64,000 bases of DNA, taken from IMG/VR virus record IMGVR_UViG_3300045988_159115; one strand, written 5' to 3'. Positions within the stretch are counted from its first letter, which is position 1. Each line of letters begins with the position of its first letter. Origin of the DNA: a virus. Both the position numbers and the translations under genes were made by a program. Positions 34,611 through 43,906 of this stretch are shown one piece after another. Under the pieces are notes generated by a model, which did not search any database, was not told the DNA's origin, and saw only the letters and a list, made by a program, of their open reading frames with translations.

Positions 34611-36392
34611 ATGCTCAAATATATTGGAGAATACGTGTCCGACTTTGAGAAAGAACTTAATCGGCCTCTGATGACAAAAGAAGCTGATCTTCCTCTGGTC
34701 GAGTATATCAAGGATGTCTGGCGTTCTTTGGAGATCGTCAAGAACATCAAGATTCTGAGCTTCGAGTGGAATGACAACGAAGCGACGATCGACATCAATA
34801 ATCATATCTTCAAGCGCGAGAAAAAGAAGCGCAAGAAGGATCGCTATAACTACAAGTTCATCAATGATGATCGTTGTGGTTGCCTGACAGTATATGTCGA
34901 GATTACTGTCAAAGAAAATGATAGCCGGAATCCGGATGAACCGAAGATCCATAAGAAGATCATCAAGAAGCAGATGCTGATTCCTATTCAGGATGAGGAT
35001 GGGTTCTTCTATATCCGTGGCAAGCGCTATTATATGATTTATCAGCTCGTTGATAAATCTACATACACTTCGAATAACGCTGTTACTCTGAAGTCTCTGA
35101 TGCCTATCTGCGTGAAGCGCAATGGCATTAAGACAGACGAGATCGTTCGAAGTGAAAACACCGGTAAGGATGTAAACGGAATGCAGTATAACATTCCCGT
35201 TTATAACGTCTTCGTCTTCCGTAAGGAAATTCCCATCATGCTGTTCTATCTTGCAAACGGATGGGACTGGGCAATGTGCTATCTGGAAGTCGATAATGTC
35301 ATTCGTCTGGTGAAGAACCTCGATGATGCTAATTTCGAGAAGAATCTGTATTTCCAGATTTCCAGTCATTGCTTCATCGAGGCAAACAAGGAGATGTTCC
35401 TGAAGTACCCTTATATCCAGTCTGTGGTTGGTGGTCTTCTGACGATTTCCAATTCCAGAACTACGATGGATGATTTCCATGACCGTACGGTTTGGATCAA
35501 GGCGCTCTCAAACAACAACACCGTTGAGAAGGGTGAAGACATTCTGGTGTTCTTTAACCGTCTGATGGATGTTACCACTCGTAAGATTCTGAAGCTCAAC
35601 GATTACGAGAAGAATGACATCTATGCAATCCTTCGTTGGATGATGCAGAATTTCGGCACCCTCCGTATGAAGGATAACATGAGTCTTGAGAATAAGCGTC
35701 TTCGTTGCAATGAGTATATTGCATCGCTGCTGACTCTGGACTTCTCTTCTCGACTCAATTCTGTGATTACTCTTGGTAACAAGGCAACCATGGATAACTT
35801 CACAAACATGTTCCGCTTCACGGGTGAGATTCTGATCCAGAAGATGCATTCTTCTGGTATTCTCCGGTTCAATGATAATATGAATGATATGGACTTCTTC
35901 TCGAAGTTCAAGTATACTATCAAAGGACCTCATTCCATGGGCGGAAAGAATTCCAACAACATCTCGATTCGCTACCGTGGCTCTCATCCGAGCTTCCTTG
36001 GTAATATTGACCTTTTGGTTTGTGGTAACTCTGACCCTGGTACTTCCGGTGTCTTGAGTCCGTTTGGTAAAATCAAGGGCTTCTATTTCAACGATGAGAA
36101 TGAGACTGATGCGTTCCGGTTCGATTATGCAAAGGATTTGGAGCGTGTCCTCACGGAAGAGAACTTTGAGTATATCAAAATCAACTGTGCTACTAAGGAG
36201 GAGTATTATGCTCTTCTGAATAAGTTGGCAGACTTTAACGAGAATGCTATTAAGATCAATGGTACGTCTCGTGAAAAGTACGAAGTTGTTGTTGAGAAAG
36301 AAGACATGACATCTGGTTCTGATTCGGATGAGAAGGAAACTCAGGAAGAAGCTCCAGAGACTATTTCCGACACAACCGAAGATGATTCCTAA
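34611..36392 (+). CDS. multisubunit RNA polymerase beta subunit, N-terminal fragment
   Basis: GFFYIRGKRYYMIYQLVDKS (beta F.ING.ERV..SQL), LENKRLRCNEYIASLL (GNRR.R..GEL), RYRGSHPSFLGNIDLLVCGNSDPGTSGVLSPF (R.VH.SHYGR.CP.ETPEG.N.GL). The protein ends soon afterwards in an acidic tail. Confidence 0.85.
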   Translation: MLKYIGEYVSDFEKELNRPLMTKEADLPLVEYIKDVWRSLEIVKNIKILSFEWNDNEATIDINNHIFKREKKKRKKDRYNYKFINDDRCGCLTVYVEITVKENDSRNPDEPKIHKKIIKKQMLIPIQDEDGFFYIRGKRYYMIYQLVDKSTYTSNNAVTLKSLMPICVKRNGIKTDEIVRSENTGKDVNGMQYNIPVYNVFVFRKEIPIMLFYLANGWDWAMCYLEVDNVIRLVKNLDDANFEKNLYFQISSHCFIEANKEMFLKYPYIQSVVGGLLTISNSRTTMDDFHDRTVWIKALSNNNTVEKGEDILVFFNRLMDVTTRKILKLNDYEKNDIYAILRWMMQNFGTLRMKDNMSLENKRLRCNEYIASLLTLDFSSRLNSVITLGNKATMDNFTNMFRFTGEILIQKMHSSGILRFNDNMNDMDFFSKFKYTIKGPHSMGGKNSNNISIRYRGSHPSFLGNIDLLVCGNSDPGTSGVLSPFGKIKGFYFNDENETDAFRFDYAKDLERVLTEENFEYIKINCATKEEYYALLNKLADFNENAIKINGTSREKYEVVVEKEDMTSGSDSDEKETQEEAPETISDTTEDDS

Positions 36393-36405
36393 ATAGGAGG
36401 ATACG

Positions 36406-36660
36406 ATGAGAAAAATTAGTCCGACTGGACATGTACAGCAAGAGGATTCTGTGATCCTGAAGTTATTGGACGACATTGTAGACTACTACAGTGATCCGAA
36501 GACTATGGGAACGATTTCTCATGCTCTCACGGAGAAAATCCGGTATGTCCAGAAAAATTACGAGTCTATCATTCGAGACGATATTGACCGTATTGCACAG
36601 GATACAACGAAGCGTCGATATGACGTAGAGGATACGGAAGAGGCCGCCAAGGATGACTAA
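36406..36660 (+). CDS. small hypothetical protein
   Basis: Track ORF; TAGGAGG SD. Confidence 0.6.
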   Translation: MRKISPTGHVQQEDSVILKLLDDIVDYYSDPKTMGTISHALTEKIRYVQKNYESIIRDDIDRIAQDTTKRRYDVEDTEEAAKDD

Positions 36661-37363
36661 ACTCGTACTAGATTTTGGTAGAGTCACTCGAATCATGCGC
36701 GTGAAACTTACAGTGATCGTGGATGATGAAAGTGATCCGAAGACATCTAAGTTTACGAAAGTCGTTGACAAAAGTAACTATAAAGGAGTGGAGTATCTTC
36801 GGGTAACTCCACATCCTTATGTTACTTTGGACATCTCTGCTGGGAAGGACAAATCAGAAGACTGGAATGGAAACCTTCAGATCAATCTGAATACCATGTA
36901 TAAGTATGCACTTTGTAGAAAGCTGAATAAGCTGATAAAGTGCTTTACCGAACTGGAAGATCTTTTCATGGTAGATGAGGACGGTCATCTTCACGTAAAT
37001 AAAGATGAGTCGAAGAAAGCTGCTCAGGAACTGCTGACGAATAATGGTGCAATTCGAATTGCACCTGTGGTTGTCTATAAGAATACTGGAGATACTTCTT
37101 CTGGTGTGGAAGGCGCAGTTTTTATGATCAATACGATTGATAACTATTGCACTTTTACATACACTGAACTTCAGAATTTTTATGATCTATTGGAAAATAT
37201 GGACATGATGGCATATGCAATGGATCTGATCACGATGAATCAAGTGTATTCAAAAGAGGAAACTGAAATTCCTCAAGTCAACTATTCTGAAGTGCAAAGT
37301 CCTGATACAACGAAAGCAACTCCGATTGTTAAATCTCCGGATACAATTCCGGACCTAAGTTAA
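36653..37363 (+). CDS. hypothetical protein
   Basis: Track ORF; 8-nt overlap with the previous gene. Confidence 0.65.
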   Translation: MTKLVLDFGRVTRIMRVKLTVIVDDESDPKTSKFTKVVDKSNYKGVEYLRVTPHPYVTLDISAGKDKSEDWNGNLQINLNTMYKYALCRKLNKLIKCFTELEDLFMVDEDGHLHVNKDESKKAAQELLTNNGAIRIAPVVVYKNTGDTSSGVEGAVFMINTIDNYCTFTYTELQNFYDLLENMDMMAYAMDLITMNQVYSKEETEIPQVNYSEVQSPDTTKATPIVKSPDTIPDLS

Positions 37364-37378
37364 AAGGATGTGATACCA

Positions 37379-37927
37379 ATGAATCATAGCCTGATCAAGG
37401 CTGGAATGAAAGATAAAAGTCTTGTCTTCAAGAAGAGTGATTCGAATAAAGCAATTCGTACCGCTCTCGATATGATGGGTGAGACAAAATACATTATCAT
37501 TTGCATGGAAGAAATTACAGAACTGCTGGAAGTCATCGGTGATAACATTGATGGCACTGGGTGCTATATCCACACCGTTGAAGAGATTGCTGACGTAGCA
37601 TGTTGCTGTGATATTCTCCAGGTCATTTTCGATATAAGATCGAAGGAGCTGGCAAAGCCTGAGAAGTGCAAGAAGAAGAGAGCAAACTTGAAAGCGCATT
37701 CTCTTTTGTGCCAGTCCCATATGATCCTTTCTAAATACCTCCGTCACGCAGATCATATAGATCTGGATGATTTTAGAGAGGTTAAGATCATCCCGTGTAT
37801 CAACATGATGGCAAGTGCCGTAGAAATGCTGAAGAATGCATATGGGATTAAAGATAGCGAGATTAAGAAACTGCGTGCGATCAAGCTTGATCGTATGAAG
37901 AAGCGCATTGAGAACAACGACCTGTAA
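37379..37927 (+). CDS. MazG-like all-alpha nucleotide pyrophosphohydrolase (tentative)
   Basis: Track ORF 37370-37927; AAAAGGA SD plus ATG 37379. Paired acidic helices CMEEITELLEV and VEEIADVACC resemble the ExxE/ExxD metal motifs of MazG/dimeric dUTPase-type enzymes. Confidence 0.45.
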   Translation: MNHSLIKAGMKDKSLVFKKSDSNKAIRTALDMMGETKYIIICMEEITELLEVIGDNIDGTGCYIHTVEEIADVACCCDILQVIFDIRSKELAKPEKCKKKRANLKAHSLLCQSHMILSKYLRHADHIDLDDFREVKIIPCINMMASAVEMLKNAYGIKDSEIKKLRAIKLDRMKKRIENNDL

Positions 37928-37929
37928 GT

Positions 37930-37971
37930 AAAAGAAGAGTACCTTGAGAAATCTTGGTACTCTTCTTTTTT
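37930..37971 (+). terminator. intrinsic terminator
   Basis: AAAAGAAGAGTACC / GGTACTCTTCTTTTTT. Confidence 0.85.
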
Positions 37972-38160
37972 GTAAATATGGGACAAACCTTATAGTAATC
38001 CGGATGAGGAATTTCGTTACTATCGGTGCCAATGGTAGTAGGTTGCTCATTCGCATTTATGGTTTGATATTATCTATATCGACTACGGTTAACAGGAGCT
38101 AGTTTGGATTACCTGACTAGCTCCCGTTAACTATCCTTATAATAGAAAGGAGATGTGGAT

Positions 38161-38256
38161 GTGATTCGAATTCTTTTTGAAGATTTGGTTTACTATGTCT
38201 GCTATGCATTTTACTTTATTCGATTTATGGTTTTTGGTATAGATGATGATTTATGA
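38161..38256 (+). CDS. 31-aa aromatic/hydrophobic peptide with acidic tail (speculative)
   Basis: Not in the track. AAAGGAG SD 8 nt before GTG 38161. (M)IRILFEDLVYYVCYAFYFIRFMVFGIDDDL. Preceded by hairpin 38079-38124 and a TATAAT box, and followed by bidirectional terminator 38259-38304. Confidence 0.3.
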   Translation: MIRILFEDLVYYVCYAFYFIRFMVFGIDDDL

Positions 38257-38258
38257 TT

Positions 38259-38304
38259 AAAAGGTAGCTACTCTATATTGGATTACAGAGTAGCTACCTA
38301 ATTT
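38259..38304. terminator. bidirectional hairpin at the 3' end of the Rad50-like gene
   Basis: AGGTAGCTACTCT / AGAGTAGCTACCT, flanked by AAAA and TTTT. Confidence 0.7.
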
Positions 38305-40910
38305 TAGCTTTTTTCGATAGGAATATAAGATGCGAGTTCTGCGTTAGAAGAAGTTCTGTTTCGAGTATCTACGATGTCAACAGGATATGCGTTAAACATG
38401 TCGTTGTGAGAGATAACGAATACCTGCTCAGCATGAATCATATCAATTTGCATCTCCAAGACATGTAAAAACTTCTCACGATTGGATATATCGAGAGTGG
38501 CATCGATCTCATCAAGAAGCATGATATTATACTTCGAGATAGATTTGTAAGTGAGTGCAAATGAGAGTGCTAGAGAGATAAAGCTTCGCTCACCCTGAGA
38601 AGCATAAATCACATCTTTTACAGTGGTTCCTTTTGTACTATAAGGAATTCCAAATTCATCAGCCGTGATTTCAAAATCTTCCAGATGAAGATCTCCGTCA
38701 TATACGACATCAAGTAGTTGATTCGCAATATCTTTGATGTCTTTTAAATATGCTTGGATGAAAATAAGAGGAATTCCTTCTCGACTAGAAAGAGCACGAG
38801 CAAGATATTCAAGATCCGTAAACTTGGAACTGAGTTCATCAAGATCTTTTTTATACCTCTTATAATTCTCGATACGGAACTCATTGTCTTGGTGAGTTTT
38901 ACTCATCTTATTCTTACGGAACTGGAGATCATTGAGAACTGATGTTTTCTCACGAATCTGAAGAGATAACTGAGATGCAAGGGTAAGTTTTGATTTGAGA
39001 TCATTAAATTCAGTCTCAACTTCATCCTCATGCTCCATTGCAACTACCATATCTTCATAATCAGATACGGAAGCTTCTTTTTCTGCAATCTCTCTATTGA
39101 GAGAATTGATCGTTTCTTTGACTTCATCAAGTTGTCCCATAAGAGTTGTACGAGAGTTGATGAGCTCTTCCAGTTTATTCTGGAAATACTCAATATTGCT
39201 ATTTGCTTTCTTATATTGAGCAAGCATAGATTTCTGACGGTTGAGTTCTTCGAGATCAGCATCCTGAAGTTCATCATCTGTGATGAGTCCAAGCTCATGG
39301 AAGATAATATCCTTATCATAAATCCATTCCATATTACAAATATGGGTAAGGACTGTACTCATCATGAACTGGTCTTTGATACACTCAGGCATCTTCTCAA
39401 AGATATCATGATAATCTCTCAGATATTTGAGGACTGTCTGGATGTTATTATAGGCCATTTTTGTATAAGCCAAGAACGTCTCATCTTCAATGACCTTGTC
39501 TGGGGCTTGTGTTGCGTACTCATAGATTCTCTGATAGAAGTCATAAACTCTGCATCCAGACGGATTCTTACAGTCAGGACCTAAGAGACCAATATCTTTG
39601 CTGATTTCAGCATAGACTTGCTCACAGAGAGATTGCATTCGGTTCCGTTTAATTTTCTCTCTATTCTCTCTGGTATATTTCTCAATATCCGTTTTTGTGT
39701 GGAAGAAGGATACAGCTTTCTGAATTGGTCCTTTACCAAGCTCATATGTCGACAGCAGGATATCCATGCATTTATCAAGCATCTTGATAAGGTCTTCCAT
39801 TTCTGCTTTAGAACATGGACGAACATATCCGGCGATTCCACTTTCTTTTGCTCTTCTCCGAATCGTTTCTCTAAGAAGCTCAATATTTGCTTCCATGTCT
39901 TTGACGTTTTGATCATCCTCAATACGAGCGATTTCACGTCTGATGGAATCAATTTCATTTGCGATAGAATCCAGTTGATTCAGAATTCCAGTTCGTGTAA
40001 TGACGTTTGTATCAAGAGAAGATTTTGCTTTCAGAATAGCAATCTTAGCTTCTTCAATCATAGACTTCAGGGTGCTAATGCTAATCTTAATTTCAGATGC
40101 TCTTGCTAGTGCTTTCTGAATGTGCTTTAGTTCTTTTTCTTTCTCTTGAATCCGGTCTCTCATTGCTGGAATATCTCCACAGTCATTGAGTTGATACTGG
40201 AGAACGGAGAGTTCACTATTCACTTTCTCAATCTTTGCTGTGAGATCCTCAATTTGATGCTGCAGACTTTTTTGAGCCTTTTTGAGTTCTCCCAAATCAT
40301 CCACTTGAAGTCGACGAATTAGGTCTGAAGTATGATTGATTTGGATATTGACTTTATTCTTATCTGCCATAATTTTCTTATGGTAAGAAAGATAAATGTC
40401 AGCTTCACTGATAATCTTACCAGTGAAGTTTTTTCGTTCCTGTCTCTTCATATCAATGAAATTTGTGACATTGCTACCAAGACGAGTAAGCTTCATATAA
40501 TCTTGCTCAAGTCCAAGTTCCTTTTCCACAATTTCTTTGAAAGAAGTGACATTCCCGTTTTCGTTCAATTCTACACCATTTTTCTGGATATAGCTTTTGA
40601 TAATATGCTTATCACTATTTCTGGTATAGAAATGCTGTATGACGTATAAATCGTCACAATCGGAGATATGGATTTCTTTATATCCATTTTCTCTTGGAAC
40701 GATAATTGGGTTATCGCTGCGTACATCCATGTTGCCATTTGTAGGGAATGGATGTAAGCAACTTAAAATGCTAGTCTTACCAGACCCATTTGGTCCAGTA
40801 AGCAATACGACATTATTATTAGACTTACTGAAATCAATCTCAATCGTTTCCGTATTGAATGCAGTAACGATATTGATGAAATTCGTAAGTTTTAGATACA
40901 AGATTTTCAT
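38304..40910 (-). CDS. Rad50/SbcC-like SMC-family ATPase
   Basis: Walker A LLTGPNGSGKTSIL, long coiled-coil middle, signature ASQGERSFISLALSFAL, Walker B IMLLDEIDATLD, H-loop VFVISHN. Confidence 0.85.
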   Translation of the reverse strand: MKILYLKLTNFINIVTAFNTETIEIDFSKSNNNVVLLTGPNGSGKTSILSCLHPFPTNGNMDVRSDNPIIVPRENGYKEIHISDCDDLYVIQHFYTRNSDKHIIKSYIQKNGVELNENGNVTSFKEIVEKELGLEQDYMKLTRLGSNVTNFIDMKRQERKNFTGKIISEADIYLSYHKKIMADKNKVNIQINHTSDLIRRLQVDDLGELKKAQKSLQHQIEDLTAKIEKVNSELSVLQYQLNDCGDIPAMRDRIQEKEKELKHIQKALARASEIKISISTLKSMIEEAKIAILKAKSSLDTNVITRTGILNQLDSIANEIDSIRREIARIEDDQNVKDMEANIELLRETIRRRAKESGIAGYVRPCSKAEMEDLIKMLDKCMDILLSTYELGKGPIQKAVSFFHTKTDIEKYTRENREKIKRNRMQSLCEQVYAEISKDIGLLGPDCKNPSGCRVYDFYQRIYEYATQAPDKVIEDETFLAYTKMAYNNIQTVLKYLRDYHDIFEKMPECIKDQFMMSTVLTHICNMEWIYDKDIIFHELGLITDDELQDADLEELNRQKSMLAQYKKANSNIEYFQNKLEELINSRTTLMGQLDEVKETINSLNREIAEKEASVSDYEDMVVAMEHEDEVETEFNDLKSKLTLASQLSLQIREKTSVLNDLQFRKNKMSKTHQDNEFRIENYKRYKKDLDELSSKFTDLEYLARALSSREGIPLIFIQAYLKDIKDIANQLLDVVYDGDLHLEDFEITADEFGIPYSTKGTTVKDVIYASQGERSFISLALSFALTYKSISKYNIMLLDEIDATLDISNREKFLHVLEMQIDMIHAEQVFVISHNDMFNAYPVDIVDTRNRTSSNAELASYIPIEKS

Positions 40911-40936
40911 AATTTCACCTTTTCTATAGTGGTTTC

Positions 40937-40948
40937 ATATTGAATGGT
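40937..40948 (-). promoter_or_regulatory. class B variant (ACC-N6-TAT)
   Basis: Reverse complement CTAAAAACCATTCAATAT; 26 nt upstream of the Rad50-like ATG 40910. Confidence 0.4.
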
Positions 40949-41310
40949 TTTTAGGTGAATAACATGTTAGTAACTCCTTGACTGGATTGAACTACGAAGA
41001 TGTTCTTAATCAGTATGGATTTAATAGCTATAGATTTTTCTTTGGAACGAGTAATGTGGTTACGTCAGAAATATCTTTGATATGAAAACGGGACTTTTCA
41101 TCTTCATTGTACCTCCTAAGAATATAGTGGAAAACGTTTGCGCTCTGGTGATGTATCATAACAATTTTCGTGTATATGAACTTCCGGCGGATATGAGCAT
41201 TCTTCCTTCTTGACCTCATGGTCAAAAGCTATATAAAGTCCATCCTGTACTCCGTTGCCGATATCTCACGGATGGAAGGTGGAAGAGATATTGGGCGGTT
41301 TATATATACA

Positions 41311-41358
41311 AAGAAGACGCTATTATGTAATTGGAAAGGTTACATAATAGCGTCTTCT
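41311..41358 (-). terminator. hairpin terminator of the RNAP operon (minus strand)
   Basis: GAAGACGCTATTATGTAA / TTACATAATAGCGTCTTC. Confidence 0.7.
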
Positions 41359-41365
41359 GCTGTCG

Positions 41366-42652
41366 TTATGACAGATGATAGATTTCCTTGATGAGATTAT
41401 TGATATAATCCACATTAATCTGGATGATGATTTTGTACGTGTAGTACGTACTTTGATGATGAAACTTCAGAGTGAGGGTATTAAAGTCGAATGAGTAATC
41501 CTTATCAGGAGTCATCAGACGGCCCTGCTTCCGAACTTTCATCTTGAAGAAGTCCGTTGTCGGAATTCCTCGTTCAAAGTGGAAGTTGAGAACTTTCTTC
41601 AGACTATCATTGAAGAGAGTGCTAAGATCAACTTCATCATCCATCTGTTCCAGCCTACAAGACGGAGATGCATACAAAGTCCATCCAAGAGGAAGATTCA
41701 CATCATCTTCTGTCAGTACATCTGTGAAAATCGGAACGATGGTATTTCCACTATCGTCACAAGTAACGATACTATTTTCTTTGATATCGTCACTAAAGAT
41801 ATAGTAGAAGCCTGTCGAATAGAATTCACAGCGCATACTGAAATTGATCTTATAGGAATCACCAACTTGGTTTACCTTATCGCCTTCGTCAACATTGAAG
41901 TTTGTGATAATCGTGTCGATATTGACTGGATAGTACCGATAAAATTCTTCATGTCCAGTTGCTCCTTCCAACTTGTAAGTGATAGGAGTAACGGATGTAG
42001 AATTCAGATGCTTCAAGAACTTTGCTGTACTTCCATCTTCATCTCGCATCGGAACTTTGATCAGTTCGGAATACTTTGCAAGAAGATCAGGCGGAATATA
42101 ACTTTCAAGACATGTCTGGAGATTGAAAGGAATCTCATATCTCACTGAGTTCTTGAAGTAGTTCGCCCAGTTGATTTGCTGAATCATCGTATTGAAGATC
42201 AAGATGACATCGAAATTCAATACGCTACGATTCATTTGATACTTAATTGCAGTACGAGAATTCCGATCCCAAATGAAATCTTGTAAATTAGTACCGCCTC
42301 GCATCATATAGAGGTCACCCTGACGCTCAATGAGAGGAGTTCCACGAAGGAATCTACTGTCATCATCCCAGTCAATACGGGGACGGATAACAAACATGGG
42401 AGGCTGCTTCTTTAAGAACTCTTTCGGAGTACTTCTCATTTGAGCATGAGCGATCTTACTATTGACATGAATTGTCTTGAAGAAATCTTTCGGAAAAAGA
42501 TTGATGAGCCAATTCTGAACGAATGCTGTCACGTTTCCATAGGTATGAGCAGCTGATGTTTGCGCTTGGATGTAATGCATCGGATGCCCATAGATAAGAT
42601 CATGACGCTCGTCTTCTGTCAGCTCATAGTCGTGAAGTCGTTTTGTATCCAT
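41366..42652 (-). CDS. hypothetical 428-aa protein co-transcribed with RNA polymerase fragments
   Basis: Track ORF; GAGGTG SD 31 nt after the beta-prime stop. I recognised no motif. Terminator 41311-41358 follows. Confidence 0.7.
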   Translation of the reverse strand: MDTKRLHDYELTEDERHDLIYGHPMHYIQAQTSAAHTYGNVTAFVQNWLINLFPKDFFKTIHVNSKIAHAQMRSTPKEFLKKQPPMFVIRPRIDWDDDSRFLRGTPLIERQGDLYMMRGGTNLQDFIWDRNSRTAIKYQMNRSVLNFDVILIFNTMIQQINWANYFKNSVRYEIPFNLQTCLESYIPPDLLAKYSELIKVPMRDEDGSTAKFLKHLNSTSVTPITYKLEGATGHEEFYRYYPVNIDTIITNFNVDEGDKVNQVGDSYKINFSMRCEFYSTGFYYIFSDDIKENSIVTCDDSGNTIVPIFTDVLTEDDVNLPLGWTLYASPSCRLEQMDDEVDLSTLFNDSLKKVLNFHFERGIPTTDFFKMKVRKQGRLMTPDKDYSFDFNTLTLKFHHQSTYYTYKIIIQINVDYINNLIKEIYHLS

Positions 42653-42683
42653 ACATATTCACCTCGCTTTCTAATGAGAATGA

Positions 42684-43904
42684 TTACAAGAGCATAGTAT
42701 CCGGATCAATCTGATTCGATTTGATGTTAGCTGTATGGAATTTCTTCATGCCCATCTTCAGAAGCTTTGTGGAAATCTGAGGGCAACCGAGGCCAATATT
42801 CAGGTTATCCAGCTTGTAGTTCAGCTCTCCTGCACAGATATTGCAGATATGCTTTCCCTTGCAATACATGGGGCTACGCAGTTTGATAGGCTTACCGACA
42901 TACTTACCGATAATCTCAGGAGTCAAGCAGACATACTTACCATTTTCTACGATGTACCGATACTCAAAGTCACGAGTATCTTTCGGAGTCATGATGTAGG
43001 AAATGGTCTTTTTTGTCCCGCAATCACTGCCATGCTCATCAAGAACTTCGCCCTGCATTGCTGCCAGAAGCTGTTTTGTCAGGTAGCCAGACTCAGCAGT
43101 ACCGACTGCTTTCGGGTATGCACCAGAAACGACGGATGTGCCGAAAGAAGGAATGTCTTGCTTTGTGATACCATCCATGAAAGACGATCTGACGATTTCA
43201 TATTCGCCAGTAATATTATTCATGGTAGCACCCTTATACAACATCATATTCTTGTAGTTACCGAAGTTACCACGAGCACCAGAATTATAAAGGTCCATAC
43301 CGGGGTCATCTGCAAGAAGTTTCTTTGCCTCACTGGTGAGTTCTTTCTCGATTTTCTCGGAAGTAACGATGTCACCCTCATTGAGCTTGTCATCATATTT
43401 CTTGAAAAGCTCTTCTTTTCGCTTAGCAATCTCAGGAGGGCATGCAATTGTCTTCTCACTGAAAGAAGTAGTGATAACAGAGTTCAGCTGCATTCCAAGA
43501 GTATCACGGTAATCGTAATAGTCATAGAAATCATTGATGCTGATCTTATCATCAATCAGAGCTTTTGCAAGTTGACTTTCGATAGATTCATATTTACCCT
43601 GAGTAACAGGCTCATTCACATACCCGAGAACACTCTGGAATCCAAAGCGTTCGATGAGGTACTTATTGAAGATGAACCTACCGACGGTTGTCTTCGTTTT
43701 CTCTTTTACGAAATACTCAGAAGGCTCCAATGTCATTTCGTCCCAAGTACTGAACTTAGATTTCTTAACTCCACTGAAAGCGTTCTGAGCATCTGTAGTA
43801 TCTCCGAAGAGATAGACGAGCTTTGTGAAAGTAAGATCATCCGGTTTTAATTCCAGAAGTTCTTTCTTTTCTGCTTCTGTGATTTTTCGAGCAGGTCTAG
43901 GCAT
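42684..43904 (-). CDS. multisubunit RNA polymerase beta-prime subunit fragment (regions E-G: bridge helix to first trigger-loop helix)
   Basis: TTVGRFIFNKYL; LYNSGARGNFGNYKNMMLYKG (SGARG...GMRG); bridge helix GTAESGYLTKQLLAAMQ (TA.SGYLTRRLVD); LRSPMYCKGKHICNICAG; GLGCPQISTKLLKMGMKKFHTA (AAQSIGEP.TQ.T..TFH.GG). Confidence 0.85.
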   Translation of the reverse strand: MPRPARKITEAEKKELLELKPDDLTFTKLVYLFGDTTDAQNAFSGVKKSKFSTWDEMTLEPSEYFVKEKTKTTVGRFIFNKYLIERFGFQSVLGYVNEPVTQGKYESIESQLAKALIDDKISINDFYDYYDYRDTLGMQLNSVITTSFSEKTIACPPEIAKRKEELFKKYDDKLNEGDIVTSEKIEKELTSEAKKLLADDPGMDLYNSGARGNFGNYKNMMLYKGATMNNITGEYEIVRSSFMDGITKQDIPSFGTSVVSGAYPKAVGTAESGYLTKQLLAAMQGEVLDEHGSDCGTKKTISYIMTPKDTRDFEYRYIVENGKYVCLTPEIIGKYVGKPIKLRSPMYCKGKHICNICAGELNYKLDNLNIGLGCPQISTKLLKMGMKKFHTANIKSNQIDPDTMLL

Positions 43905-43906
43905 CC

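Noticed and set aside
37355-38056. 233-aa minus-strand ORF overlapping the MazG-like gene.
   Set aside because: It is antisense to a gene in a tightly coupled plus-strand operon, crosses terminator 37930-37971, and has no SD.
41028-41225. 65-aa minus-strand ORF in the 455-nt gap.
   Set aside because: There is no SD upstream of its ATG. The only strong SD in the region serves a different frame, the 15-codon ORF 41060-41107. I kept the region as an unexplained gap rather than calling a gene.
42735-43850. 371-aa plus-strand ORF inside the beta-prime fragment. Similar cases: 26881-27867 (opposite the RecA-like gene), 58913-60010, 57645-58322, 30692-31654, 35508-36476, 33705-34532, 34578-35480, 24086-24952 and 60233-61069.
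   Set aside because: Each is antisense to a gene that has recognisable motifs or a proper SD and terminator. None has its own SD, and all have skewed low-complexity composition.
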